Shown: positions 1 to 13,279, counted from the stretch's first letter. The stretch is DNA of 64,000 nucleotides from Octopus vulgaris (GCA_951406725.2 OX597817.1:107508001-107572000); one strand, 5' to 3'. The notes: a model not told the origin generated them from the letters alone. Made by a program: numbers and translations.

Positions 1-262
1 AAAGACACCAACATCGGTTGTCAAAAGATGGGGAAAACACAGACAAAAATACACACACACACACATTCACACATAAATATATACATATAGATATACGACG
101 GGCTTCTTTTAAGTTTCTTTCTACCAGATCCACTCACAAGGCTTTGCTCAGCCGGTGGCCACAGCAGAAGACACTTGCTCAAATTGTCACGCAGTGGGAA
201 TGAACCATGTGGGAATGAACCATTGGGAAGATCTCTTACCACTCAACTACGCCTGCGCCTAT
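1..262 (-). mobile_element. tRNA-derived SINE, family A (CORE-like body, internal microsatellite), partial
   Basis: Reverse complement of the family A head and body (GGCGCAGG...CAAAGCCTTGTGAGTGGAT...GAAGCCCGTCGTATA) also seen at 23370 and 49528. Confidence 0.8.
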
Positions 263-355
263 ACATACATACATACATACATACATACATACATACATAC
301 ATACATACATACATACATACACACGCACATATATATGTATGTATGTATATATTTA

Positions 356-882
356 CATATGAAATAAAAGCAGCTCTAGTATAATTATCATTAACTATAT
401 ATACTTAATGTATATGCTTTGTGTATTTTCAGGTGGCGGCAATATCGTGACGGAGTGTGTGTGTGTGTGTGTGTGTACACATACACACACACACACACCT
501 AAAGAGCATGGTGTAAGACACCTCAAAATCATAGACAGGCGAGATAACTTACCTTCAATCCCATCTGGATGTACTGGAGACCGGGTGTTTCGGTATTTCT
601 GTGACTTGTCAACACCATATACCCGCCCGGGTAAAAGGCCAGTTACCTAGCCAGTCCACGACTTATATGCTCATGACTTGTAAAATCGTGTACTTGTATG
701 CCCGGAAATTGCATACATAATAGAAAATTTCCATATGAACTAAAGGCAGCTCAGTATAATAAATATTATTAACTACGTATACTTAATATATATGCTTTGT
801 GTATTTTCCAGTGGCTGCAATGGTGTGGTGGAGCGTATGCACACGCAAAGCGCTGGGTGTAAGACACCGCGAAGTCATAGAC

Positions 883-884
<2 letters not shown>
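356..884. repeat. Degenerate direct duplication, period about 375 bp
   Basis: 356-443 resembles 732-820 (CATATGAA..AAAGCAGCTC..TATATGCTTTGTGTATTTTC); GGTGTAAGACACC..TCATAGACA occurs near 510 and near 856. Confidence 0.7.
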
Positions 885-944
<60 letters not shown>

Positions 945-958
945 GTGTGTGTGTGTAG

Positions 959-1043
<85 letters not shown>

Positions 1044-1074
1044 TACAGGGCTGAAAGATATAAAGGAATAAGAT

Positions 1075-1115
<41 letters not shown>

Positions 1116-1116
1116 T

Positions 1117-1159
<43 letters not shown>

Positions 1160-1249
1160 TGTATGAGTGTGTGTGCATACACAGATACAATATACATACG
1201 AGGGGTTGCTGAAAAGTTCCTGGCTTTAAGGGTGTCGCGAAAAGCCTGG

Positions 1250-1590
1250 ATCATCGTAGTAATTTCGGCTGATTAATCTTGAGATTACTAGATCCGGCCA
1301 GCCCTCCAAGAAAAACTAAGCAACAAGCATTAGAAAAACTAAGCTGGGAGCGTAGGTTTCCTGGAAGAAGGATCGAATGCATACGAACACCGGGACAGCA
1401 AAGAGGACGAATATAAAAGGCAAAAAACAATAATGGAATACAGAAACATGAAATACAGAAGCATTAACGGTGAAAACAACAAGTGTCTTACGACTGATAA
1501 CAAGCAAACAAATTTTCTCTGGCGCATTTTGGAAAGGAGCCTTATCGGCGATGCCTTGGCGGCGGACGAAAAACAACGATGTTAACACGT
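1250..1590 (-). mobile_element. Unclassified interspersed repeat, homologous to 3230-3655
   Basis: Reverse complement aligns with about 3320-3566 (GCTTAGTTTTT..GGGCTGGCC..GCCGAAATT; AAGACAC..GTTGTT). Confidence 0.65.
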
Positions 1591-1664
1591 ATATAAATGT
1601 GTGTGTGTGTGTGTGTGTGTGAGTGAATGTATGAGTGTGTGTGCGTACACAGATACAATATACA

Positions 1665-1869
1665 TACGAGGGTGTTGCTGAAAAGTTCCTGGCTTTAAGG
1701 GTGTCGCGAAAAGTCTGGTTGGAGTCCCAACTTTCAGTGTTCTTTTACATGGCTTAGATAAACTGAAGGACAGTTGCAATAAGTGTTTGAATCTGAGAGG
1801 AGAATATGTTCAATAAAATCCTAATTAACTGTTCCTCGTGTATCTTCTTTCAGCCAAAACCAGGAAATT
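1665..1869 (+). mobile_element. Mariner-derived MITE; its 5' end is duplicated at 1197-1249
   Basis: TACGAGGGTGTTGCTGAAAAGTTCCTGG terminus and complementary CCAGGAAA near the end; complete homolog at 24189-24387. Confidence 0.7.
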
Positions 1870-1871
1870 AT

Positions 1872-2557
<686 letters not shown>

Positions 2558-2588
2558 TATATATATATACAATCTAGCTATCTATCTC

Positions 2589-2629
<41 letters not shown>

Positions 2630-2967
2630 CTAGCTATCTATCTCAACTATTTATCTTTGGTATATATATATATATAATATATATATTTAGGTTAGTTATG
2701 ATATATTCTGTTAAGAACGTAGTAGAGTACAGTATAAAGCTCGTCCACCTTCAGCTTTCATCCTGTGCTATCCAGTAGCAGTATTATACGTACTTCCAGG
2801 TTTGCGTCTGAGCTTCTGTCGTGTGTGAATAGATAATTGAAAAATTGAAAAAATTGAAATAGATAATTGAAAAAATTTGAAGTCACAAAGAAGGGGTACG
2901 GTTGGATATTTATTTTCAATCACTACAATTGTTTCTACAATTTTTTTCGTATTATATATATTAATAA

Positions 2968-3054
<87 letters not shown>

Positions 3055-3229
3055 TTCATTCCACTCTTCGTTCTTTCGTTCCCCCTCTCTCACATTTCCC
3101 TGCCTTCTCTTCTTGCTCACTTTCCTTCCTCTTTTCACTTCACTGTGTCCCTGTCATTTTTTCTCGCCATTCCTTAATTCTTCTGTCCCTCTGCCTCTAC
3201 CTCTCTGTATTCTCTCCCCCACGTGACTG

Positions 3230-3655
3230 GTGTTCGGCCAAGCCTGATTTTTTTTCTTGGTTCGGCCGTCGTCCGTGCAACATCTATATTCCTCCCTGTA
3301 CATGTGAAATCTTAAATCCCTGTCGTAAGGCTTTATTTTCCACACACGCCAGCTTAATTTAATTCGTCCTTAGTCGAAAGACACCTGTTGTTATGTCCTG
3401 TTATTTGTACTTGTGTAACATTCTACGTTTTTTTTCCATCCTTGTTTTCGTATACATTCGCTGCTTTCTTCCAAGGAATCTAATGCTCTTAGCTTAGTTT
3501 TTCCTTGGGGCTGGCCAGATTGGAGCAATCTCGAATATAACCGGCCGAAATTCAAAGATAATCTGGAACTCGACTGAGGAAAGAAAATTCCGAATGACCC
3601 GTCCTTGTTTTCTTTCTATCGTCTATCTGAATGTTTTGTTGTCCCTTTTTTGTAT
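3230..3655 (+). mobile_element. Unclassified interspersed repeat with a conserved pseudoknot-like motif
   Basis: Homologous to 1250-1590 (-); compensatory substitutions at 3509-3566. Confidence 0.6.
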
Positions 3656-3659
3656 CACC

Positions 3660-4020
3660 TAATGGGCGTGCATTGTCATGCAACAACAAAACTTTCTTCG
3701 ACAACAGGCTTCGGAGTTTGGTGCGAATTGCTGGCTTCAGTTTGTTGGCCAGCAAAGCACTGTATCTTGCCCTGTTGATCGTACATCCCATTTCCAGAAA
3801 AATCGGATCACTTCTCTTTGTTCTTCTTTGGTGCTCATTGCTAGTGGAGCGGCCGTGCTTTCACTGTAAAACCAGAAAGAAAATTGGCACTATCAGGTTC
3901 AAACTTCGATCACGTGACCACAATGGTACCAACTATAAGCACGCATGGGCAAAAGGTAGTGTGACAATAATGAATGTATGTTATGGCGAAAGTGCGGATA
4001 ATTTTCGACTTACCCTCGTA
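3660..4020 (-). mobile_element. Internally deleted mariner transposon remnant
   Basis: Minus-strand peptide TINRARYSALLANKLKPAIRTKLRSLLSKKVLLLHDNARP (mariner HDNARPH motif); TIR TACGAGGGTAAGTCGAAAATTATCCG at about 3995-4020. Confidence 0.85.
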
Positions 4021-4048
4021 TACATACATACATACATACATACATACA

Positions 4049-4083
<35 letters not shown>

Positions 4084-4092
4084 GTATATGTA

Positions 4093-4223
<131 letters not shown>

Positions 4224-4671
4224 GTATGTACATACATATATACACACATACTTGGTATTGGAAAGCCTCTTTCTGATAGTCGACGTACGAAAGCTGCACG
4301 AAACTCAAAGATCTCTAAGAGTGAGGCAAATTCAAGTGTATGTTAAGCATTATTGAACTATATCTTTGAAAATAATATTCTGGGGAATATTAATGTATGT
4401 TGCTATTCTATCAAATTCTAGGAATGAGAATCACCTCATACGTTTATTCTAATCACCTTGGGCAAAGAAAATAAATTAAATTATCCAAACTAGAATAGAC
4501 GAAGTCGTGTGCACTGTAATACCTAATCCACTGAGCAAACATTTCATGAAACCGATTCATGGTCCCTGTGGCAATCTAAATCATGCATGGAGAACAATGA
4601 ATGTAGTAAATGCTTCCCTCTGAAATTCAGATGCATATTCAAGTAAATGTTTACAAACCCTTAATGTATAT

Positions 4672-5081
4672 ATTTCTTTACTACTCACAAGGGGCTAAAC
4701 ATAGAGGGGACAAACAAGGACAGACAAAGGGATTAAGTCGATTACATCGACCCCAGCGCGAAACTTTATTTATCGACCTCTAAAGGATGAAAGGCAAAGT
4801 CGACCTCGGCGGAATTTGAACTCACAACGTAACAACAAACGAAATACCTATTTCTTTATTACCCACAAGGGGCTAAACATAGAGGGGACAAACAAGGACA
4901 GACATAGGGATTAAGTCGATTGCATCAACTCCAGTGCGTAACTGGTACTTAATTTATCGACCCCGAAAGGATGAAAGGCAAAGTCGACCTCGACGGAATT
5001 TGAACTCACAACGTAACGGCAGACGAAATACCGCTAAGCATTTCGCCCGGCGTGCTAACGTTTCTGCCAGCTCGCCGCCTT
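4672..5081 (-). mobile_element. SINE family B (Meta-like domain), tandem dimer
   Basis: Two copies of GGATGAAAGGCAAAGTCGACCTCG.CGGAATTTGAACTC; head CTGCCAGCTCGCCGCCTT; imperfect flanking repeat ACAAAC..AATGTATA. Confidence 0.85.
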
Positions 5082-7867
5082 CACAAACACCCAATGTATA
5101 GAAAATGTATGGGTAACAACACTGTTGGTTTTAGATGCACGATTCCTTACAACAAGCATCGCCTTCAAAATTTACGATTCAAAGTTAACTGACATGTCAG
5201 TATAGAAATATGTTCTTTAGTGAAATCATTCATCTTCATCATCAAACACTAGTTAGGCCATAAGAGCTATGATCATGTGAATGTTTAACTTGGGAAAATC
5301 TATAATATTATCCTACACGTTTCTGTGGTCTTTCTATTTTTATCCGTGTGTCATGCAAAGGCCAAGGGAGATAATAATTCGAATGGAGAAAGATATATAG
5401 AGGAGAAGTGGGAGACAAAGAAAGAAACAGAAATAGTGGAATCAATGAAAATACGAAAGAGAGCGTGGGAGAGGGAGAGAGGGAAGATCTATATTATTCT
5501 GCATTTATGTGTTCAAATCACAGAGTTGCAATGTTGAATATAATAAAACAATGTCATGAAAATATGTAAATTTATCATTTAGAAATGTGAATATAACACA
5601 TTTATATTTTATGTGTTCCTGACCAAAGGTTACATCTATGCTGGGGCTCCTCCATTATTCACTTTATGCTTGTTTGTTTTTAGCTTTAAATGCTTGTTGG
5701 TATTATGAGAGTATCTACACATATACTTCAGCAGAAGGAAAAGTTAATGTGATAGTGATCGTTAATAGGACACACAGACAGATAGATAGACAGTCTAGAT
5801 TTATCAATAGATATGCAAATAGAGAAATATATAGATAGAGAATATATTAATAGACATACAAATAGATAGCTGAATTGAAATGAAATGAAAAGAAATGAAA
5901 ATAAGCTTATTGACAGAAAACTTGAGCTGAGCCTTGGTGGTGGCTGGCCAGCAAAAAGTGCATTTTAAAAAATATATTAATAAGTCTTATTTTAATTTAT
6001 CCTTTATTTCCTTACATATCTGTCCAACTTTTAAAAGGAGGTAAATAGGCAATACCTTCTATAATCATTTCAACTATATATAAAAGTACAGTTTTGATTA
6101 AATGACAGGATTCTAAAGCATGTTTTGAAATTCTTTACTTGTGTTTAATATTTGGCTTTCAAATATGCTGAATTACATTGTGGAATTTCCACAGGGCTGG
6201 CTAGTTAATGAAAATTTCTAACACAGGTACAAAACTAGATATTTGGATTAAGAGTACTTGACTTGTCATTTTATATTATTGACTCCCGAAGGATGAAAGA
6301 CAAAGTTGATCTCAATGGGATTTGGCCTCACAAATAAAATGCAGTAAGTAAATACTGCATGGTATTTTGTCGGACAATGAAGTCATACAACACTTAACTG
6401 TGAGATACCTTAGCGCTCTTGGAAGAATATTGCAATTATAAGAAAACAAAAGGTGATACAAGTCACATGCATTATAAGGATGATATTTGGAAAAAGAAGA
6501 GTATGTTCTTCACTGAAAGAAAATAAAGACAATTTTAAAAGCTACTAATCAATAAAATACATATCTATAGCACACTCTCTTGTATCAACAAGGAGTGCTG
6601 CCAGTGGCCCATTCCATTCAGTCATTTTTTATCATTAGGTTTTTCCCAAGACATCACTGTGAAAACTAAAAATTCGATTCTCCAGTAAAACTATTACAAG
6701 AATCTATATTGCTAGTTCTTGAGAGACTAAGTACTTCAAACTCAGAATACGGTTGTTGAATGTGAAAGGAACAACAAGCTTAGACTGACTGCGGGAAATA
6801 GATGGAATTTTCTGCGCAATTTTTTAGAAACCACACAATAACGAAATTTTATCAACAATTTCGATGTGTCAATTAAATGTATGATTGAAGCTTTCTCCAG
6901 CAAACTACTCATACGAGACATTAGTTTGCTTTGATATGCGTTATGAAAATAAAAAAAGAAAAAAAATTTGGAGCAACTCTATCGGCAATTTGAAGAAAAG
7001 ATTATTTTAATCAAGGAGATTCTTTGAAATATATAGAAATAAATGCTTGAAAAACATTGAAAATATTTTATTAATCCATCATCATTGGAATTACTGGATT
7101 CTGGTATTGTTTTTCAGGATCGTATTCTACAAGAACCTGACTGAACCAGATGAAGATGAAGCAAGAGTCAGGAACATAAATTTTAGGTACCGATAATTAG
7201 TTGAATGTATTTTCTCTGAGGCCAATGATAATCTCAAATCCTTTTTCATCGATGGCCAAAGAGGAGTCACCAAAATGTATTTGTACAATATTTTAATTGG
7301 TTACTTGGAGCAAAGAAGAAAAACATGATCTTTCCTTTACAACTACAGTAATAACACAAGAAAAATTTAAGCTTTTCGTTCGAGATACATCAACAACTTT
7401 CCTGATAATTCTTTCCTCTAACACTAATTGTATCCTCCAGATTTCTTTCTTCACGATCGACGAAGCGTTCGTACTCTCCTCCAGTATTCCCAGAGTTATC
7501 AAAATAAATCTTCCCAAATATGATTATGAAGAATGTTAAACCGTTCATCAAACAGTAAACATGACTGAAGAGGCTCGAAGACTGATATCGTCGGGTCATG
7601 CATCAAATAGGCACTGCATCAGAGATACGTACAAAAATGAAATCTCACTGGAAGTTGGAAAGTAATAAGGCTAAATGAATTATCAACTTAGCTTCTTAAA
7701 ATTCACGATGGAACTCTATAAAATGTGATAATGGATCCATGTAGCATAGAAATTCTTTTTGACGAGATATTGTTTATTCTTTAATATCACAAATGAAGAC
7801 GAAACACGCGAAGTTTCAACAAAGATAACTTTTACAAGGGACAAAGATGCATTAATAATTTTATATT

Positions 7868-8049
7868 TTGGCACAAGGCCAACAATTCCAGGTTAGAGAG
7901 TAAGTGACTATATCGACCCCAGTGTTCAACTGGCACTTATTTTATCGACCCCGAGAGGATAAAAGGTCAAGTCGAACTCGACGGATTTGGACGAAATGCC
8001 GCTAAGCATTTTATCCGGCATGCTAACGATTCTGCCAGCTCTCCACCTT
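7868..8049 (-). mobile_element. SINE family B
   Basis: ATCGACCCCGAGAGGAT..GCTAAGCATTT..CTGCCAGCTCTCCACCTT. Confidence 0.8.
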
Positions 8050-8721
8050 ATAAAGATGCACAAATCATATCACTTATTGGACTATATTCCCCTTGATGTT
8101 ATTAACATAAAAATATGTTGACTCACAAGTTAATGATAATGAGGAACCGGAAATACATTGAATAATTTCCAATTAACTGAGATAAAGAAAGACGCCATAA
8201 CAATGCTTCTTCGAACCTTAAACTTTTGAATGGCGCCTGTTTGGTCGACCTATCACGAGATGAATTTTCTATTCACTCATTCACGCTCGTATGACAAAAA
8301 CCAACAAAGTGTTGCTTTCCGAGAACTGATTAGACTCAAAGTGACGCAATCATAACATTCTTATTGAGATGGAGACTACCTTCAATTATTACTGCACATG
8401 CAATGAGAACAAAAAATCGCAAGATCTATCTTTTTATAACGCAGGTTTGTTCTTGGCGTAAACTGGCTTCAGCTCTGGCCTACTTCATATAGATAGGAAT
8501 AAAACATGGAATCGAATTAACTTCAAATTTGAGATTGATGATAAAGGTCAAGGAAATAATCAAGTGTTGTAAAAAAGTTGTGATTAAAAGTATATCAGAT
8601 TAAAGATATTTATGCTAAACAGTATATTTAAATAATTTATTCCACACCCTACCAAAAGAACTACAGTCATTTTGATAGGATGCTGTACTAAAATGAGTGT
8701 ATACATACATACATACATACA

Positions 8722-8753
<32 letters not shown>

Positions 8754-8834
8754 GACAGACAGACAGATGGACATACAAATAGACAGACAAACAGACATGC
8801 ATATATGTATGTGTATATGTGCAATGTATATATG

Positions 8835-8864
<30 letters not shown>

Positions 8865-8866
<2 letters not shown>

Positions 8867-9175
8867 AAGGCGCGTGGCTTAGTGGTTAGGGCATTTGGAT
8901 CTCGATTGTAAGGTCATGAGTTCAATTCCCGGCAATGCGTTGTGTCCTTGAGCAAGACATTTTATTTCACGTTGCTCCAGTTCACTCAGCTCACTAAAAA
9001 ATGAGTAGTACCTGTATTAAAGGCCAACCTTGTCACACTGAATCTCATTCAGAACTACGTTAAGTGTACACGTGTCTGTGGAGTGCTCAGCCACTTGCAT
9101 GTTAATTTCACGAGTAAGCTGTACTGTTGATCATATCAGCTGGGACCCTCGTCGTCGTAACCAACGGAGTGCTCC
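8865..9175 (+). mobile_element. tRNA-derived SINE, family C
   Basis: A box TGGCTTAGTGG, B box GAGTTCAATTCC, then GTGTCCTTGAGCAAGACA..CACTCAGCT; homologs at 10565 and 25631. Confidence 0.8.
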
Positions 9176-9176
9176 T

Positions 9177-9211
<35 letters not shown>

Positions 9212-9271
9212 CATAAATATACATACATATGCATAAACACACTCATACGTACATATCTCTTTCTTTCTCTC

Positions 9272-9367
<96 letters not shown>

Positions 9368-9431
9368 GTATCATTCAGTCTGCTATAATGAATCCATAAA
9401 CACATATAAAACATCCAAGGGTATATTTTGT

Positions 9432-9515
9432 CCCCTCTGAAGATATGCTCACGTCATATGAATTTAATATTTACTTAATATTTATTGAATTTTAATTGAA
9501 ACAGCTGTAAGCCTC
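9432..9515 (+). ncRNA. Degenerate type I hammerhead ribozyme motif
   Basis: CTGAAGA 9437-9443; GAAACAGCTGTA 9498-9509 (palindromic stem III, GUA site); stems I and II are poor. Confidence 0.5.
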
Positions 9516-9554
9516 CATTTTCTTTTTCTTCTTTTGTATGACTATATATATATA

Positions 9555-9712
9555 CTTTATTTAAAGCAGCAGAAAATTCAACAAAATCTGTTACTCTGAG
9601 TTTCTCGTTGCCGTTCATCAGACAGTTTTTGCTAGAAAAAACTGTCTGATGAACGGCAACGAGAAACTCAGAGTAACAGATTTTGTTGAATTTTCTGCTG
9701 CTTTAAATAAAG
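9555..9712. repeat. Perfect 76-bp inverted repeat with a hammerhead motif on each strand
   Basis: Arms 9555-9630 and 9637-9712, 6-nt spacer GCTAGA, no mismatch seen. Confidence 0.95.
9639..9683 (+). ncRNA. Minimal type I hammerhead ribozyme (mirror copy on - strand at 9584-9628)
   Basis: AAACTGT-CTGATGA-ACG GCAA CGA-GAAA-CTC A GAG-TA-ACAGATTT; stem I CUGU/ACAG, stem III ACUC/GAGU, GUA site at 9673-9675; first stem II pair is A-A. Confidence 0.75.
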
Positions 9713-10327
9713 CATATTACTCTACCACTGGTATTTGAGTACTCTTTTTTCCACCTTGTTTCACATTTATGTGTTTACTCCGGTATATATATATGGAGGT
9801 GGTTCTACCCTTTTCGAAACCTTGGAACCAAGGTTCCACTACTGAAAGCAGTTTAAAGTCATACCCAGGACATATACTGGCCCACAGAGGAGTAGAAAGA
9901 GATCAAGCAGACTCCAAAGAGGCTGGTGTGGATCTGTGACAGCAAGACCTATAGAGTAAAATCGATAAGTGAACTTGCTGTGGAGGACAGGAAATTCCAT
10001 CGGTTTGGGTAGTGTCCTTCTTCGGAAAACAGTTGAAAGAGACTAACTAATGAGAGACAGTAGAGATTTATATCCTCTAAGTTTAAAAAAAAATGGCTTC
10101 AACTGATAAGGAACGCAGAGCCACGTGACCTTTATACGTGAAGAGGAAGTGGTACTAGAAACTATGTGACGGTAGAAAGTAGATGAAAAGAAGAATGGAA
10201 TGAAGAGAAGCAGGTAAAGTCGAGAGTGAGGTGAAGGAGTTTAATGAACTAAGAGGAGGTGAAGGAGCAGAAGGAAAAAACGTTCATCTGAACTTGTATA
10301 TAAATGAAGTATAATATTGTTTTCAAG

Positions 10328-10540
10328 TTTTGGTACAAGACCAGCAATTTCAGCGGAGGTATACGTCGATTAGATCAAACCCAGTGTTCAACTGGTGCTT
10401 GTTTTTATCGATCTCGAAAGGCATGAAAAACAAAGTTGACCTTGTCGGAATTTGAACTTACAACGTAAAGGTAAAGACGGACGAAATTTCGCTAAACATT
10501 TTCCCCCTGCGTGCTAACGGTTCTGCCAGCTAACCGCCTT
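10328..10540 (-). mobile_element. SINE family B
   Basis: Family B body; AAGTATAATATT repeated on both flanks. Confidence 0.8.
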
Positions 10541-10564
10541 AAGAAAAAGTATAATATTAAATGT

Positions 10565-10810
10565 GGAGGCGCGTGGCTTAGTGGTTAGGGTGTCAGCATC
10601 ATGATCGTAAGATTGGGGTTTCGATTCCTGGACCGAGCGACGCGTTGTGTTCTTGAGCAAAACACTTCATTTCACGTTGCTCCAGTCCACTCAGCTGGCA
10701 AAAATTAGTAACGCTGCGATGGACTGGCGTCCCGTCCAGCTGGGGAACACATACGCCATTGAAACCGGGAAACCGGGCCCATGAGCCAGGTTAGGCTTTA
10801 AAAGGGGGCA
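10565..10810 (+). mobile_element. tRNA-derived SINE, family C variant
   Basis: GGCGCGTGGCTTAGTGGTTAGG..GTTTCGATTCC..TTGAGCAAAACACTTCATTTCACGTTGCTCCAGTCCACTCAGCTGG. Confidence 0.8.
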
Positions 10811-10929
10811 TTTATTTTTATTATTTATATTATTAAATACATGTAACGTGTATACATGTAAATAAGGTGAAATAGGTAGATTTGTTTGGGTGAAAAGCGA
10901 AATATTGCATAAGTGAAATTGTTACATGC

Positions 10930-11150
10930 CAAGTATAACAGGAAGGTTATCAACTTTATATAAAACTACCTTACCTGTATTTGTATAAGCTCTTTATGAA
11001 ATGTCAATGATAATGTGTTTAGACTTGGATCCCATGCCAAGGCTGCCCCATTTTATAAATACAAATATACAATCATACTGAAATTCAGAAAATTCAAAAT
11101 CCGAAACACATCTGGTTCCAATCATTTTGGATAAAAAATTATCAACTTGT
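10930..11150 (+). mobile_element. Tigger/pogo-like DNA transposon end
   Basis: AAAATCCGAAACACATCTGGTTCCAATCATTTTGGATAA..TCAACTTGT resembles Tigger/MER46-type termini. Confidence 0.55.
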
Positions 11151-11300
11151 GCGCGCGCGCGCGCGTGTGTGTGTGTGTATGTGTGTGTGTAGGTGTGTGA
11201 GTGTATGTTTGTGTGCGTATATGTATGTATGTGCGCGTGTGTATGTGTATGTGAGCATGTATATGTATGTGTATATATGTGCGTGCACATATGTGTACAT

Positions 11301-11340
<40 letters not shown>

Positions 11341-11942
11341 TTCGTGCTTGCGTGAGTACTTTGGCAGCTGAATAGCTAAGAAATTCACTTCGTGATTCAT
11401 GAAATCCCGGGTTCGATCTCACTGCTTGGAATATTGAACAAGTTTTTTTTTTACCTTAGTCTCGGGTCTACCCACACCTAGAGAGTGAAACTGGGTAAAT
11501 GGGAATTACGATGATGAGGTCCCTTCGGGAGGTTTTCACTTGTAATTTATGGTCTTGCTTTGTCAGACACCTTATGACAGGGATTCTACCAGAGAATTAT
11601 GTTTAACGGTACACATGTCTGGAAATGCGCAATCACTTAGAACTCCAATGAGCAGGTAGTTCATTTGATTGGACAACTGATTACTCATAGTAGCAACCGA
11701 CGAGATCCATTTACAGTTGATACAGTATAGAACAGAAATTCCAACGTCACTGTTGTGTATTATTATTTTATCACAATGGCAGTATTGAAACACCCATAGA
11801 GGGACATTTTATTTACTTATTGCAAGGATATTTGCAATTAAGCGCAGTCTGGAGTTGCATAAACCAAGAAACTACTCATGTCCACTGGGTTCTGATTGTT
11901 CTTTGGTTTATGCAGCTCGGTCCAATGAATGAACCTCTACAT

Positions 11943-12282
11943 CAGTGGTCTTCAACCATTTTTTTTTTGTCTATCGACCCTTTTGATTACTATTTTATTC
12001 CGGTGGATCTCCATAGCCATTCGATATTTAAAAATTAGTTTCATAGACTCCTTACAAAATTCCTATTTTGTCTATCATACGTTTACTTGTGTAGGATGAA
12101 ATACGTAAAACGGCAGAGAAAGAAACCTTGATGCTTCTTACAATAAATACATCTAAAGCGAAATTTTTTCATGAAACCATAAAATACTACTAGGTGTCCT
12201 CAATTTACTATTTTGCTTGTGAGGTCCACCAAATCTTATATGGACCACAAGAGGTCATATGGACCCAAGTTGAGAACCACTG
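11943..12282. mobile_element. hAT (Charlie-like) MITE
   Basis: TIRs CAGTGGTCTTCAAC / GTTGAGAACCACTG; 8-bp TSD CTCTACAT / CTCTACCT. Confidence 0.85.
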
Positions 12283-13240
12283 CTCTACCTGGTCACCTAA
12301 TCTGCTGGAAGTGGAGGACAAATATCCTTTAAAATACATTCTATAGACTTAATAAAGGACACATTGGAGGAATTTTGTTAGCAGTACACTGCCTGAAAGA
12401 AATAAAGAAAAAAGCTGGATGTGTATAGAAGAAATATTATTCTACCATGGACGTGTTGTTCATAGCAGAAAAGCATTGGATAGTATGTCTATGGTCGGCT
12501 AGATGAGGACCGACAAGACGATAAACAGCAATAACATCATTTCGATACAAATGTTTCAGCTAGCTGATCCATACTATGATATTCCCACCAATCAGAAAGA
12601 CAAGAGTTAGGTTGTGGAGAAGGACAAAAAAGTGACAAGGCAAAGAGGCTGCTCAAAAATTGACTGGTGCCTCATGACGATGATCAAGAGTTATCAGTCG
12701 ATGGAGAAACATGATGAGAAAGATTACTGATAACCGTGCGTGACTTTCGCGTGTGCTACATGATCCAGGATCCTGTCAGTCTAAATCAGTCGTGGGCAAC
12801 TGGGTCCTACGGGGCTTTCTTAATGGTATGCCGAAGGAAAATTTACCTTGGAATCTTTTTAGTTGTGCGACCGGCTTCTCAAAAAAATGTTGCCCATGTC
12901 CGGATTTACATAGATTTAGACACTAAATCTAACTAAATTTCTTTAAATTCAGTTAGATAAGTGGTGATAAAAAATATGTGAATCTTTGCTGTAGTTGAAC
13001 TTGAACCAGGTTAAGCGGAATATTAATGGCATCATTCTCACCCGTTCCGGACAGCTTGTGAAGGCAAGTAAAAAGAAGACTCAGCAAGTAAAAAGAAAAC
13101 AAGAAATTCATCATGTGAAATCTTTAGAATTATAATTGTCGTTTAGAAACCAAATCAATTAATCATTTAGTAGCCTTATGTTCAAGGGCACTCCAACTAT
13201 TTCATTCACTTTTCTTTTTTGGACAAAAAGGGTTGATTTA

Positions 13241-13279
<39 letters not shown>

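Larger units (their letters stand above)
4280..8610 (+). pseudogene. Degenerate Helitron RepHel (Rep endonuclease plus PIF1 helicase), interrupted by SINEs
   Basis: Fragments in canonical order: IKF*E*ESPHTFIL (about 4410, Rep motif VEFQKRGLPHAHIL); IHGPCGNLN..CMENNECSKCFP (4555-4620); IPYNK..HVSIEICSLVKS (5140-5230); RLLNVKGTTSLD*LREIDG (6750-6805); FFIDGQRGVTKMYLYNIL (7242-7295, Walker A); AITMLLRTL (about 8195); RLPSIITAHAM..SQDLSFYNAGLFL (8375-8455). Confidence 0.8.

Noticed and set aside
570-615. Hammerhead-like CGAAAC..GGTC on the - strand
   Set aside because: The core reads TTGACAA instead of CTGANGA and stems I and II are weak; too degenerate to call.
3572-3606. CTGAGGA..CCGAATGACCCGTC as a hammerhead
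   Set aside because: GAAA is broken and no stem I pairing is evident.
10567-10640. tRNA-like sequence with A and B boxes (also at 8868, 25634, 44250)
   Set aside because: No acceptor stem, and it runs into a SINE body; these are SINE heads, not tRNA genes.
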